Below are positions 36,943 to 46,215 of a DNA stretch of 47,388 bases, in pieces (position 1 is the first letter of the stretch; each line of letters starts with the position of its first letter). Where the stretch lies: contig PAMR01000034.1 in NCBI GenBank assembly GCA_002708205.1, forward strand, positions 17,617 to 65,004, given 5' to 3'. The DNA is from Gammaproteobacteria bacterium. Lineage in GTDB: Bacteria > Pseudomonadota > Gammaproteobacteria > Pseudomonadales > Azotimanducaceae. Below the pieces are notes generated by a model that saw only the letters and a list, made by a program, of their open reading frames with translations, did no database searches and was not told the DNA's origin. Made by a program: the position numbers and the translations under genes.

Positions 36943-37902
36943 ATGGTTAGTAAACGTCCTGTTATCGGCATTACGTTGGGAGATCCAGCCGGAATAGGTC
37001 CAGAGGTACTTTCGAAAGCACTTCAGAATTCCATGCCTGATTGTACAATCGTGCTATATGGCGCGCGTTGGGGGCTAGAACTCGGCGCCAGGGTTGCCGG
37101 TGTCGACTTTCCAACCGGAAGTAAATTTGTGAGTGTGGGGGGCGAAAAGCCAAACGATTTTACGTTCGGTCGTGTGCAGGCGAGGTGTGGAGAGATAGCG
37201 GTGCTTGCGGTCGAAGCAGCCGCTCGCGATGCCCTGCTAGGTAAAATTGATGCAATGGTGACCTGTCCACTGAATAAGGAGGCGATCCATGCGGCGGGTT
37301 ACGATGATATTGGACATCAAGAAATTTTGGCTCGTCTCTCCGAGGTCGACAGTACAGCTACCATGCTGATGACGCCAGGTCTTCGGGTGGTGCACTTATC
37401 CACTCACAAGTCTTTGATAGAGGCCGGTCGCTATGTGACTGAAGAAACGGTATTCGAGAAGATACGGTTATGTGCCGACACCCTAAAACGTTGGGGAATG
37501 CCAGACGCTAGAATAGCCGTAGCCGCACTCAATCCACATGGAGGAGAAGGTGGATTATTGGGGCGGGAGGAAATAGAAGCCATTCGGCCTGCAGTGTTAA
37601 AGGCCGCGAATATGGATATTGATGCAACGGGACCGTTACCGGCCGATTCAATATTTAATCGAGCTATAGAGGGTGAGTTCGATGTGGTTTTGGCCATGTA
37701 TCATGATCAGGGCCACATCGCTATCAAAGTACATAATTTTCATGAGAGCGTAACAGCAACGATGGGAATCCCATTCATTCGGACGTCTGTCGATCATGGT
37801 ACCGCTTTTGATATTGCTGGACGTGGAATAGCTGATCCACGCAGTACTTCGAGTGCGTTAGAAACCGCAATTACGCTTTCTCTTGGTAAATATGGATCCT
37901 AA
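36943..37902 (+). CDS. PdxA-family NAD(P)-dependent (decarboxylating) hydroxy-acid dehydrogenase
   Basis: PVIGITLGDPAGIGPEV, HGGEGGLLG and AMYHDQGHIA are PdxA family motifs. It is not necessarily the pyridoxal-pathway enzyme. Confidence 0.85.
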   Translation: MVSKRPVIGITLGDPAGIGPEVLSKALQNSMPDCTIVLYGARWGLELGARVAGVDFPTGSKFVSVGGEKPNDFTFGRVQARCGEIAVLAVEAAARDALLGKIDAMVTCPLNKEAIHAAGYDDIGHQEILARLSEVDSTATMLMTPGLRVVHLSTHKSLIEAGRYVTEETVFEKIRLCADTLKRWGMPDARIAVAALNPHGGEGGLLGREEIEAIRPAVLKAANMDIDATGPLPADSIFNRAIEGEFDVVLAMYHDQGHIAIKVHNFHESVTATMGIPFIRTSVDHGTAFDIAGRGIADPRSTSSALETAITLSLGKYGS

Positions 37903-37981
37903 GAGGATCCAGTATTCTATCAGCGCCAAACGTAGTTTTTTTTGGCACACTTGTGGAACACTTGATTGAGGGGGACGAGGT

Positions 37982-39067
37982 ATGAAAGCAGCAGTTTTTA
38001 GGGAAATTAATAAACCAATGGAAGTTGAGGAGGTAACTGTTGACAAGCCGAGTGGTCGAGAAGTTTTAGTTCGTACAGCAGCTGCAGGAGTTTGTCATTC
38101 GGATATGCATTTTTTCAATGGAACCTACCCCGGTCAACTTCCTATTGTATTAGGACATGAATCTGCCGGTGTTGTGGAGCAAGTTGGCGAAGATGTGACG
38201 TATGTGAAGCCCGGCGATCACGTCATAACCTGCCTATCGGTATTTTGTGGTCATTGTGAGTATTGTCTTACAGGGCACATGTCGCTATGTCAGGAACCTG
38301 AAGTCAGGCGTAGTGCAGAGGATGAGCCAAGACTACGGAAAGAGGCGGAGTCGTTAAGTCAATTTGCGAACTTAGGCTCTTTTGCAGAAATGATGTTAGT
38401 TCATGAACACTCAGTAGTTAAAGTGCGTGAAGACATGCCACTCGACCGAGCCGCACTGATTGGCTGCGGAGTAACTACTGGCGTCGGTGCTGTCATTCAC
38501 ACGGCGGCTGTCGAGCCTGGCGCTACCGTAGCGGTCATAGGTTGCGGCGGTGTTGGCCTGTCCTGTATCAATGGAGCGGCTCTTGCAGGAGCCAGTCGCG
38601 TCATCGCCGTCGATATGGTCGCGTCTAAGTTGGAGCTTGCTCGTAAATTTGGAGCCACGGACGTGGTTGATGCGAGTTCAGGAGATGCTGTTGAACAGGT
38701 TCGAGAAATAACAAGTGGCGGAGTTCATTATTCTTTTGAAGCGATTGGACTCAAAGTAACGGCAGAGCAAGCGTTTCGAATGTTGCGCCGTGGTGGTACC
38801 GCTACTGTTATTGGGATGATTCCTCCTGGAGATATGGTGCAGCTACATGGCCCCGATTTTCTTCAAGAAAAAACTATTCAAGGTTCAATGATGGGGTCTA
38901 ATCGGTTTCGAGTAGATATGCCTCGGTTTGTCGATTTTTATCTTCAAGGAAAATTGCATTTAGACGATATGGTGTCAAGCCGAATCAAACTAGAAAACGT
39001 CACTGATGCGTTGCTAGCGTTGGACTCGGGAGAGGTCGCAAGAAGCGTAATTGTATTTGATCAATAA
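37982..39067 (+). CDS. Zinc-dependent alcohol dehydrogenase (MDR family)
   Basis: GVCHSDMH, GHESAGVVEQVGEDV, structural-zinc CGHCEYC, GCGGVGLS cofactor motif. Confidence 0.9.
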   Translation: MKAAVFREINKPMEVEEVTVDKPSGREVLVRTAAAGVCHSDMHFFNGTYPGQLPIVLGHESAGVVEQVGEDVTYVKPGDHVITCLSVFCGHCEYCLTGHMSLCQEPEVRRSAEDEPRLRKEAESLSQFANLGSFAEMMLVHEHSVVKVREDMPLDRAALIGCGVTTGVGAVIHTAAVEPGATVAVIGCGGVGLSCINGAALAGASRVIAVDMVASKLELARKFGATDVVDASSGDAVEQVREITSGGVHYSFEAIGLKVTAEQAFRMLRRGGTATVIGMIPPGDMVQLHGPDFLQEKTIQGSMMGSNRFRVDMPRFVDFYLQGKLHLDDMVSSRIKLENVTDALLALDSGEVARSVIVFDQ

Positions 39068-39094
39068 ACGTTTGATTAGTAAGAAGGAAGAATT

Positions 39095-39937
39095 ATGAAA
39101 TGGATTTCCTTTGAGAAGGATGGAAAGGAATCGTTCGGATTAGTCGTTGGCGAGGCCGTAATCGATGCTGGTGCTCGAACGAGATTTGGTTCATTGAAAG
39201 AAGCAATTGCATCGGATGAAAGCCTGGATTCCATAGGTCGATCAATTGGTCAATCTGAGGATTACTTATTAGAAGATGTCGTTTTCTTACCGACTATCAC
39301 TCGCCCGGATAAGATTCTATGTGTAGGTCTCAATTATAAAGAGCATCAGGAAGAAACAGGCCGCGGAGGAGAGGATAACCCGACGATATTTGTACGCTTT
39401 GCATCTGCTCAAATTGGCCATGAAGCCAAAATGATTCGACCGACAGAATCAACTAATTTAGATTTTGAGGGTGAAATAGCGGTGATCATTGGCAAGGGAG
39501 GTCGACGAATCAAGAAATCTGATTGGTTAGAGCACGTGGCTGGATTCAGTTGTTATAACGACGGTAGCGTCAGAGATTATCAAAGACATACGAGTCAGTT
39601 TACTCCCGGAAAGAATTTCACGGGGACTGGTGGCTTCGGGCCTTGGATGGTTACGCCTGATGAAATCGACGATTTTGATGAAATGGAAATTACAACCCGT
39701 TTGAACGGTGAAGTCATGCAGAACGCGAAGGCAAAACTGTTAGTTTTTGGATTTGGCGATTTAGTCCAGTACATATCGTCGTTTACCGAGTTAGTTGCTG
39801 GTGACGTAATCGTTACCGGTACGCCAGGTGGTGTTGGGTTTGCTCGGAATCCGCCGGTATGGATGGATGAAGGCGATATAATCGAGATACAGGTGGACCC
39901 GATCGGCACACTTACAAATCACGTGATCGTTGGATAG
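39095..39937 (+). CDS. Fumarylacetoacetate hydrolase (FAH) family protein
   Basis: KILCVGLNYKEHQEE, DFEGEIAVIIGKGG, VIVTGTPGGVG. Confidence 0.85.
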   Translation: MKWISFEKDGKESFGLVVGEAVIDAGARTRFGSLKEAIASDESLDSIGRSIGQSEDYLLEDVVFLPTITRPDKILCVGLNYKEHQEETGRGGEDNPTIFVRFASAQIGHEAKMIRPTESTNLDFEGEIAVIIGKGGRRIKKSDWLEHVAGFSCYNDGSVRDYQRHTSQFTPGKNFTGTGGFGPWMVTPDEIDDFDEMEITTRLNGEVMQNAKAKLLVFGFGDLVQYISSFTELVAGDVIVTGTPGGVGFARNPPVWMDEGDIIEIQVDPIGTLTNHVIVG

Positions 39938-39939
39938 CA

Positions 39940-41319
39940 ATGGGGAGAGAGTTAAGAATAGGACTTTTGATATTATCTGCCTTATCAACAAGTTCAATTA
40001 TTGAGGCGAATGCACTTGTTGATGGAGTTGTTGATAGGCTTTCCGAATATATCCAAGTAGATACAACCAACCCGCCGGGCAACGAACAACGTGGAGTCGT
40101 TTACTTATCCAAAATCTTGGATGCATCTGGAATTTCCTATAAGACGGTTGAGTCGGCACCTGCTCGAGGCAACCTCTGGGCGAAGCTTGAAGGTGGTGAC
40201 AAACCTGCGTTGGTTCTATTGCATCACATCGACGTTGTTCCTGCGGATCCGAGTTATTGGTCCGTAGATCCATATGCTGGTTTAGTAAAAGAGGGCTATC
40301 TCTACGGGCGCGGCGCGTTGGATATGAAGTCTCTCGGTATCGTACAACTACAGGCATTTCTTGCTTTGCATGAAACCGGAAAACGTCTTAATCGAGATGT
40401 TATTTACCTGGCGACAGCAGATGAAGAAGCGGGTGGTTATGCGGGAGTAGGATGGCTAATCGAGAATCGCCCGGATCTGTTTGACAGTGTAGGTTTTGTA
40501 CTCAATGAGGGCGGCGGCGGCCGTTTTATGGGAGAGGACGATGTGGTCTTTACCGTTGAAGTCACTCAAAAAATTCCCGTGTGGTTACGTTTGGTGGCCC
40601 GAGGCAACCCAGGCCATGGCTCGGCACCACAGGTCGAAACTGCCGTAAGCCGGCTTATAAGAGCAGCGTATCGTTTGGTTGATACTCGTTTTAAAGCGGA
40701 AGTGATTAAGCCCGTTCGAGAAATGTTTAGAGGCCTTGCACCGTACCAAGATGCCGGTTATGTCGAAGCGTTCCGTAATATTGAGGACTTCGTTGGTGAT
40801 CCTGACTTCATGCGGAGCTTGCAGTTAGTAAATCCTGGTTTACACGCTTTGTTACGAAATACATGTTCAATTACCGTTTTGCAAGGGAGTAGCAAGATCA
40901 ATGTAGTACCCCCTGAAGCGGTACTTGAGCTTGATTGTCGCGTATTGCCAACTCAAGACGTGGATGGGTTCATCGAACAGATTCAGACGCTCATCAATGA
41001 TCCAAATATAGAAGTAGAACGCATTATGAGTTTTGCTCCTGCGGTCAGCTCCACGACTACCTCTTTGTTTGAAGCCATTAGGAGTACGGCGAACAAAAAT
41101 TATCCTGAAGCTAAGGTCATTCCCGGGGTAACGACTGGATTTACCGATAGTCACTTCTTTCGTGATATCGGTATCGACAGCTACGGGTTTGCGCCTTTCG
41201 TACTGAGACCGGGGGAAGGTAGTGGTATTCATGGCAATGATGAACGCATTGGGATTGAAACTCTGAAAGAAGGAACCCAGTTGATGATCGACCTTCTACA
41301 GGAATTTACGACTGACTAG
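39940..41319 (+). CDS. M20 family metallopeptidase (dipeptidase/carboxypeptidase-like), predicted secreted
   Basis: LLHHIDVVP, RGALDMKS, TADEEAGG, NEGGGG. The N-terminus LRIGLLILSALSTSSIIEA is signal-like. It starts 2 nt after the FAH stop. Confidence 0.85.
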   Translation: MGRELRIGLLILSALSTSSIIEANALVDGVVDRLSEYIQVDTTNPPGNEQRGVVYLSKILDASGISYKTVESAPARGNLWAKLEGGDKPALVLLHHIDVVPADPSYWSVDPYAGLVKEGYLYGRGALDMKSLGIVQLQAFLALHETGKRLNRDVIYLATADEEAGGYAGVGWLIENRPDLFDSVGFVLNEGGGGRFMGEDDVVFTVEVTQKIPVWLRLVARGNPGHGSAPQVETAVSRLIRAAYRLVDTRFKAEVIKPVREMFRGLAPYQDAGYVEAFRNIEDFVGDPDFMRSLQLVNPGLHALLRNTCSITVLQGSSKINVVPPEAVLELDCRVLPTQDVDGFIEQIQTLINDPNIEVERIMSFAPAVSSTTTSLFEAIRSTANKNYPEAKVIPGVTTGFTDSHFFRDIGIDSYGFAPFVLRPGEGSGIHGNDERIGIETLKEGTQLMIDLLQEFTTD

Positions 41320-41445
41320 ATTACTTGCGTGGAGATATCAAATGACCGGTAACCATAAAACTTTATAGCGCTGAAGCGTTACTTTGGATAATCTGCGAGT
41401 CAAATAATTCGAAGCGGCGATGCGCCGCAATTAAGGGAGGGAACT

Positions 41446-42522
41446 GTGGCACCAATACCTAAGGGCGGCACCGTCGCTGTCACTGGAAGCGCTGGTTTTA
41501 TCGGAAGTTGGGTTGTACGACTGTTACTGGATAAAGGTTATCGAGTTAGAGCTTGCGTGCGTGATGAGTCCGATGGAAAAAAAACGGACTTCTTGCGCGA
41601 GATGCCGGCGTATTCAACGGGAAGATTGACTTTACATTCCGCTAATCTCGATGACGAGGGGTGCTTCGATGACATTTTTCAAGGATGTCATGGTGTAGCA
41701 CATGTGTCGCATGTGAGCGATTACAATGATCAAGAATATGTGGAGAAAGTTTGTCGGCACATCATCGCAAGTGTTAACAAATCAGAGTCGGTCACACGTG
41801 TAGTAGTGACTTCTAGCATTGCAGCGGTAATTTCTGAGGTTGATATTAAGGAACTTTTGCGACGGCCGGTTCTATACGAGGATCGTTATCCAGATGAGTC
41901 GAATCCAAAGCGTACCCCGGAACGTGGTCAAGGATATTCGATGGGTAAAGTAATAGCGCAAAGAGCGTTTTCCGATGCTGCTGCTGAAGCAGGCACCTGG
42001 GATGCCATAACCTGTTGTCCAGCGGATAACGTAGGACCGATACAATCCGCGCATCAGAAGAATTTTGGTCCCTGGCAACACAACATTGAGATGATGTTAT
42101 TGGGGGAATATTTTCAAAATGGCGCTTATCGACCATGGATGACGGTTGATGTTCGTGATGATGCAGAATGTCATATACGTTTATTGGAAAGTGTGAAAGT
42201 ACAGAATGGAGAACGTTATATCGCTTGGTCTTGTGACACTCCGAAAGTCGAGGAGATTTGTGCAAGCATTGATCGCTTGCTGCCGGAACTCGGTCACGAC
42301 ACCCCAGAGGTAACAGATAACTTCCCAGAGCGGGTTCAAGCGCGCGAGGATGAGCTGCGTGCTATATGGGATCAGTGTGAATTGCGGAATGATCGAATTC
42401 GAGACACCACCGGCGTGGAGTTTCGTCCTTTCGACGATTCCTTGAGAGATTGCGTTGAATCACTGATTTCTGTGGCGGGAGTAAAACCGCAATTACGGGA
42501 TGGCTTTAAACTTCCAAGTTAG
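41446..42522 (+). CDS. NAD-dependent epimerase/dehydratase family (extended SDR, aldehyde/flavonol reductase-like)
   Basis: VAVTGSAGFIGSWVVRLLLDKGYRVRACVRD. GTG start preceded by GGGAGGG. Confidence 0.8.
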   Translation: MAPIPKGGTVAVTGSAGFIGSWVVRLLLDKGYRVRACVRDESDGKKTDFLREMPAYSTGRLTLHSANLDDEGCFDDIFQGCHGVAHVSHVSDYNDQEYVEKVCRHIIASVNKSESVTRVVVTSSIAAVISEVDIKELLRRPVLYEDRYPDESNPKRTPERGQGYSMGKVIAQRAFSDAAAEAGTWDAITCCPADNVGPIQSAHQKNFGPWQHNIEMMLLGEYFQNGAYRPWMTVDVRDDAECHIRLLESVKVQNGERYIAWSCDTPKVEEICASIDRLLPELGHDTPEVTDNFPERVQAREDELRAIWDQCELRNDRIRDTTGVEFRPFDDSLRDCVESLISVAGVKPQLRDGFKLPS

Positions 42523-42575
42523 TGGTAGTTCGGGAGGCTGAGTCAATTACTCAGCGTCCCGCAGCCTCTATGAAA

Positions 42576-43052
42576 TTACTTAGTCTGTACTGTCTTCAGT
42601 GCTTCTAAAACTTTTAAAGGGTGGTCGCCTGCTTTCTGCACCCTGCCCCAGTGCTTTATCACCTGTCCGGTCGGGCCAATCCAGACAGTGGAGCGTATCA
42701 CTCCGACAGTTTTTTTCCCGTACATCATTTTTTCCCCAAATGCCCCGTATTTTTCCATGACCTTTTTATTGGGATCGCTCAGTAGTGTGAATGGCAATTG
42801 ATATTTTTGTTGAAATTTAAGGTGTGACGAAGACTCATCCGGTGATATTCCAAAGACGATAGTGTTTGTTGCTTCTATATCGGTTGATAAATCTCGGAAC
42901 GCACACGCTTCCTTTGTACATCCTGGAGTGTCGTCACGAGGATAAAAATAGATGATTACGTTTTTACCTCGGAAATCCTTCAGAGCGACTTTCTTTCCTT
43001 CCGAATCTTTTAACGTGAATTGCGGCGCTGCTTTGCCTTCTTCTATGGTCAA
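42576..43052 (-). CDS. bcp: Thioredoxin-dependent peroxiredoxin Bcp
   Basis: GKAAPQFTL...VIIYFYPRDDTPGCTKEACAFRD. I chose the TTG start at 43052 because GGAGG lies 6 nt upstream and it avoids overlap with the AKR gene. The ORF opens at 43121. Confidence 0.85.
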   Translation of the reverse strand: MTIEEGKAAPQFTLKDSEGKKVALKDFRGKNVIIYFYPRDDTPGCTKEACAFRDLSTDIEATNTIVFGISPDESSSHLKFQQKYQLPFTLLSDPNKKVMEKYGAFGEKMMYGKKTVGVIRSTVWIGPTGQVIKHWGRVQKAGDHPLKVLEALKTVQTK

Positions 43053-43075
43053 TGTATTCCTCCAGTTTTTGTCGG

Positions 43076-44080
43076 TTAACGATAGCCTTCTATAACAGGT
43101 CGCTTTGGTAATTCCCACCACAGCTGATCACATAACTCTCGTAGCGAGTTTGGTATTTCGATTTCTAGGGCGTTTATATTTGCAGCCAGTTGATCGGGAC
43201 GGCTTGCTCCAATGATCGCACTGGTTATACCTTTTTGGTCAAGCACCCATCGAATGGCAACGCTGACTGGATTCATGTCCAATTCACTACACAATTCAGA
43301 GAATTTATCTACTGCGTGAAATTGAGCGTCGTGCCAGTATCTTTCTTGATATCTTTCGGCGGCATTACCTAATGTGAAGCGTGTGTTGTCGATTAATCCG
43401 GTAGTTCTTTTGTACTTTCCTGATAGAAATCCGCCAGCCATTGGGTTGTAGACCAGTACTCCAAGATTCATGTGTCGACACAAAGGTAAGAGTTCAGTCT
43501 CTATTTCTCTATACAGCATGTTATATCGAGGTTGCACTGAAACATAATGCTCCAATCCCAAATGTGTGGAAGTTGCCAGAGCTTCGCTGAGACGCCAAGC
43601 GGGATAGTTGCTGCATCCGATGTATCGAACTTTACCGTGTCGTACGAGATCATCGAAAGCTTTCAAAGTTTCCTCGATGGGTACAGATGGATCGAATGCA
43701 TGTGATTGATAGAGGTCGATACTCTCTATATCTAATCGAGTTAGGGATTGTTCGACCGCTTGGACTATATGTTGTCGCGAGAGCCCACTGGAATTAGGCC
43801 CCCTATCGGTTGGGGCAAAACATTTGCTGGCAATCACAAGGTCATTTCTATTTTTCCGGCTTTTCATCCACTTACCGATAATCATCTCGGTTCGGCCGAC
43901 AGTCTCTAGACCACCGCCAAGCGGGTAGGCGTCAGCGGTGTCAAGAAAACGCATTCCAAGCTCAAATGCGTGGTCCAGGATGTCAAAACTTCCAGATTCA
44001 TCGACTTGCAGACCGAAAGTCATCGTGCCAAGACAAAGTGGTTGAACTTCGAGTCCTGAACGTCCGAGTGGCATGGATTC
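43076..44080 (-). CDS. Aldo/keto reductase
   Basis: LGRSGLEVQPLCLGTMTFG, FLDTADAYP, IGCSNY. The start at ATG 44080 (MESMPLGR) is preferred over 44119. Confidence 0.85.
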   Translation of the reverse strand, partial: ESMPLGRSGLEVQPLCLGTMTFGLQVDESGSFDILDHAFELGMRFLDTADAYPLGGGLETVGRTEMIIGKWMKSRKNRNDLVIASKCFAPTDRGPNSSGLSRQHIVQAVEQSLTRLDIESIDLYQSHAFDPSVPIEETLKAFDDLVRHGKVRYIGCSNYPAWRLSEALATSTHLGLEHYVSVQPRYNMLYREIETELLPLCRHMNLGVLVYNPMAGGFLSGKYKRTTGLIDNTRFTLGNAAERYQERYWHDAQFHAVDKFSELCSELDMNPVSVAIRWVLDQKGITSAIIGASRPDQLAANINALEIEIPNSLRELCDQLWWELPKRPVIEGYR

Positions 44081-44229
44081 CATGATGTTAGCTCCGTAGT
44101 ACTTGGTCGGTAGGTGCATTCCTAGTGGAATACTTTTGGGGCATACAAGTATGCCGCGTTTTTCTGATTGTCCGAAAATTGAACAAATAAATTCAACTTA
44201 GAGATTTATTCTTGATACGGAAATGTTTA

Positions 44230-45081
44230 TTAGTCGATATCGCCCAAATCGCCACCATCCACTTCCGAGCCATCGAAACTATCGAGTATAGTTTTGTATC
44301 TCTTTTCAATAGAGCTTCTCAATCCTGCGTGAGTGAAAATGTATGCCTTGTTATATTTAATACCGTGCACTACTTGCTCTCCAACTTTGTCAGGATGTAG
44401 GCCCATAGACTGAAATGTTTGTGAGACAACGTCGCGATCGTTTTCTGTGAACGAAGCTTCGGTATTCGCGAATGAGTTTGGCCGATTACGATCTGACTCG
44501 ATTATTTTCGTAGCGATCATGCCTGGACACAGGGCAGAAACGCCAATGGATTCGCCTTGTAAGTCTATTCGAGCAGCTTCGGATAATGCCAATACAGCAT
44601 ATTTAGAAGCAGAATAGATACTTTGTCTTTCTCCTGTGATATGTCCGAGGATAGAGGACGTGTTGACAATATGTCCCCCTTCACCGTGAGCTTTGATTAG
44701 TGGAACATACGTTTGCATACCATTGACCACGCCATTGAAGTTGACTCCCATCACCCAATCCCAGTCATCATAGGTGAGCTCGCCTACGCGGCCACCACTT
44801 ACAACCCCGGCGTTGTTACATAGTATGTGTATACGCCCAAAATGGGCCGATATAGAGGTTGCTACCTCAGATACTTTTTCTCTATCTGTTATGTCGCACA
44901 CATGGCGTTGGATATCGACATTAGCCTGATTGATTGATGTGTATGCGGATTCCAAAGCATCTTCCTCAATATCAAGCATTGCAACGTGTACCCCTTCGGC
45001 CACTAGTGCTTTAGTAATTCCCAGACCAATCCCTGAAGCGGCTCCTGTTACGACAGCCACCTTGTTTTGAAGATCTTTCAT
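44230..45081 (-). CDS. Short-chain dehydrogenase/reductase (SDR)
   Basis: VAVVTGAASGIGLGI, NNAG, YSASKYAV. ATG 45081 is preceded by GGAG; the ORF opens at 45099. Confidence 0.85.
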   Translation of the reverse strand: MKDLQNKVAVVTGAASGIGLGITKALVAEGVHVAMLDIEEDALESAYTSINQANVDIQRHVCDITDREKVSEVATSISAHFGRIHILCNNAGVVSGGRVGELTYDDWDWVMGVNFNGVVNGMQTYVPLIKAHGEGGHIVNTSSILGHITGERQSIYSASKYAVLALSEAARIDLQGESIGVSALCPGMIATKIIESDRNRPNSFANTEASFTENDRDVVSQTFQSMGLHPDKVGEQVVHGIKYNKAYIFTHAGLRSSIEKRYKTILDSFDGSEVDGGDLGDID

Positions 45082-45149
45082 TGTCGACTCCATGGTCATA
45101 ACGGGTTATAAGTCTAGACTTTCAGAGTTACAGTTTGTAGGAGATTTTT

Positions 45150-46190
45150 ATGCAGCTGCAGTTTACGAGGGAAGAATTGTTAAGCGAGCATGATATTGTT
45201 TCTTCACAATTCGAGAGCGGTAGGGTGATGCACGGTGGATTTGATTCCAAAGGGTGTTACATCTCGCCGCGTTCAAAAGGGCGATGCCGGGCGATCAGTA
45301 ACTGGTCTAAAGCATTGCGTAATAGAGGTGGTGATCTCTTGCGCGCAGATTCTAGTCTTTTGACGGGCCCACGTATCCCTAATGTGCCCCAACAGTGTGT
45401 GCTCATTCGTAATGGATTAGATCGTATATTTTGGAACAATCTAACAGTCGTAGGTAAAATTGAAGGTAGGGGACGTATATTGGCGGAAATGACGTTTCCA
45501 TCTCTGAGCGATCTGGTCGTAGAAGATATTAGTTCAATGGCAATTGGCCATCTTAATGAGGGACTATTATTTGCACATGGGTTAGATGAGGGCGGTGAAC
45601 CGGATAAGGAGATTGGCGGACATGACGTCATGTGGTTTGTAGCTCGTGATCTGGTTTTTGGGGTAGACCGACATCCGGATATAGAACCACCTGAAAGAAT
45701 TGCTCGTTCGGAGGATGGTAAGCGGTGGATGCCTCAACTGGATCAACCATACGAAATGATGTTGAGTTTTCTTATGAACCTTTTGGTAATCGAATTTCGT
45801 GCAGAGATCGGGTTTGCGAATACCCAAGCTGTGTTGAGTGATCCGGACCTTTTCGAGGATCGGCGAGACGAAGCGGCTATTGCGGTTAGTTTGGTAGATC
45901 GGATTCGCACTGACGAAGAAATCCATGTTGAATCTCTTCGACTTTATTTAGGTGAACTTCGATCTCTAACGTTTCGTACGAAAGATGGAAATACCATAGA
46001 TGGAAAAAAGATTATCGATCCATTCTGGCAGCAACTCATACAGTGGGCGACGGTAGAGCAACCTAAGCTGGCAGCAGAGCAGCAGTACTTGGCCATAAAG
46101 GAGACTATCTTAAAGCACGACAATGGGCACCAAATATTGACGGAATTTGATGAACTGAGGGACGCAGGCTATGAGTTGGTTGCCGGTTAA
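45150..46190 (+). CDS. Hypothetical protein (346 aa), family not recognised
   Basis: ATG preceded by AGGAG and no long competing ORF. It has acidic/His motifs (KIEGRG, GLDEGG...GGHD, IEFRAE, DEEIHVE) but no assignable domain. Confidence 0.6.
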   Translation: MQLQFTREELLSEHDIVSSQFESGRVMHGGFDSKGCYISPRSKGRCRAISNWSKALRNRGGDLLRADSSLLTGPRIPNVPQQCVLIRNGLDRIFWNNLTVVGKIEGRGRILAEMTFPSLSDLVVEDISSMAIGHLNEGLLFAHGLDEGGEPDKEIGGHDVMWFVARDLVFGVDRHPDIEPPERIARSEDGKRWMPQLDQPYEMMLSFLMNLLVIEFRAEIGFANTQAVLSDPDLFEDRRDEAAIAVSLVDRIRTDEEIHVESLRLYLGELRSLTFRTKDGNTIDGKKIIDPFWQQLIQWATVEQPKLAAEQQYLAIKETILKHDNGHQILTEFDELRDAGYELVAG

Positions 46191-46215
46191 CTTTTTTCAA
46201 ACGAGTCACTTGCAG

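Noticed and set aside
37893-37911. Hairpin TGGATCC-TAAGA-GGATCCA enclosing the stop codon of the PdxA-like gene
   Set aside because: It is a 7-bp stem with no adjacent U-tract. About three such repeats are expected by chance in a window this size, and there is no evidence of function.
42532-42568. Nested inverted repeats (CTGAGT-CAATT-ACTCAG; GAGGCTG...CAGCCTC) between the convergent SDR-epimerase and bcp genes, as a bidirectional terminator
   Set aside because: A stem-loop is plausible, but no U-tract follows on either strand. I do not call it a canonical intrinsic terminator.
44140-44163. Terminator-like hairpin GGCATAC-AA-GTATGCC followed by GCGTTTTT
   Set aside because: The T-tract follows the stem only on the plus strand, whereas both flanking genes are on the minus strand. 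On the minus strand the stem is followed by CCAAAAG. It therefore does not fit as the terminator of the upstream SDR gene.
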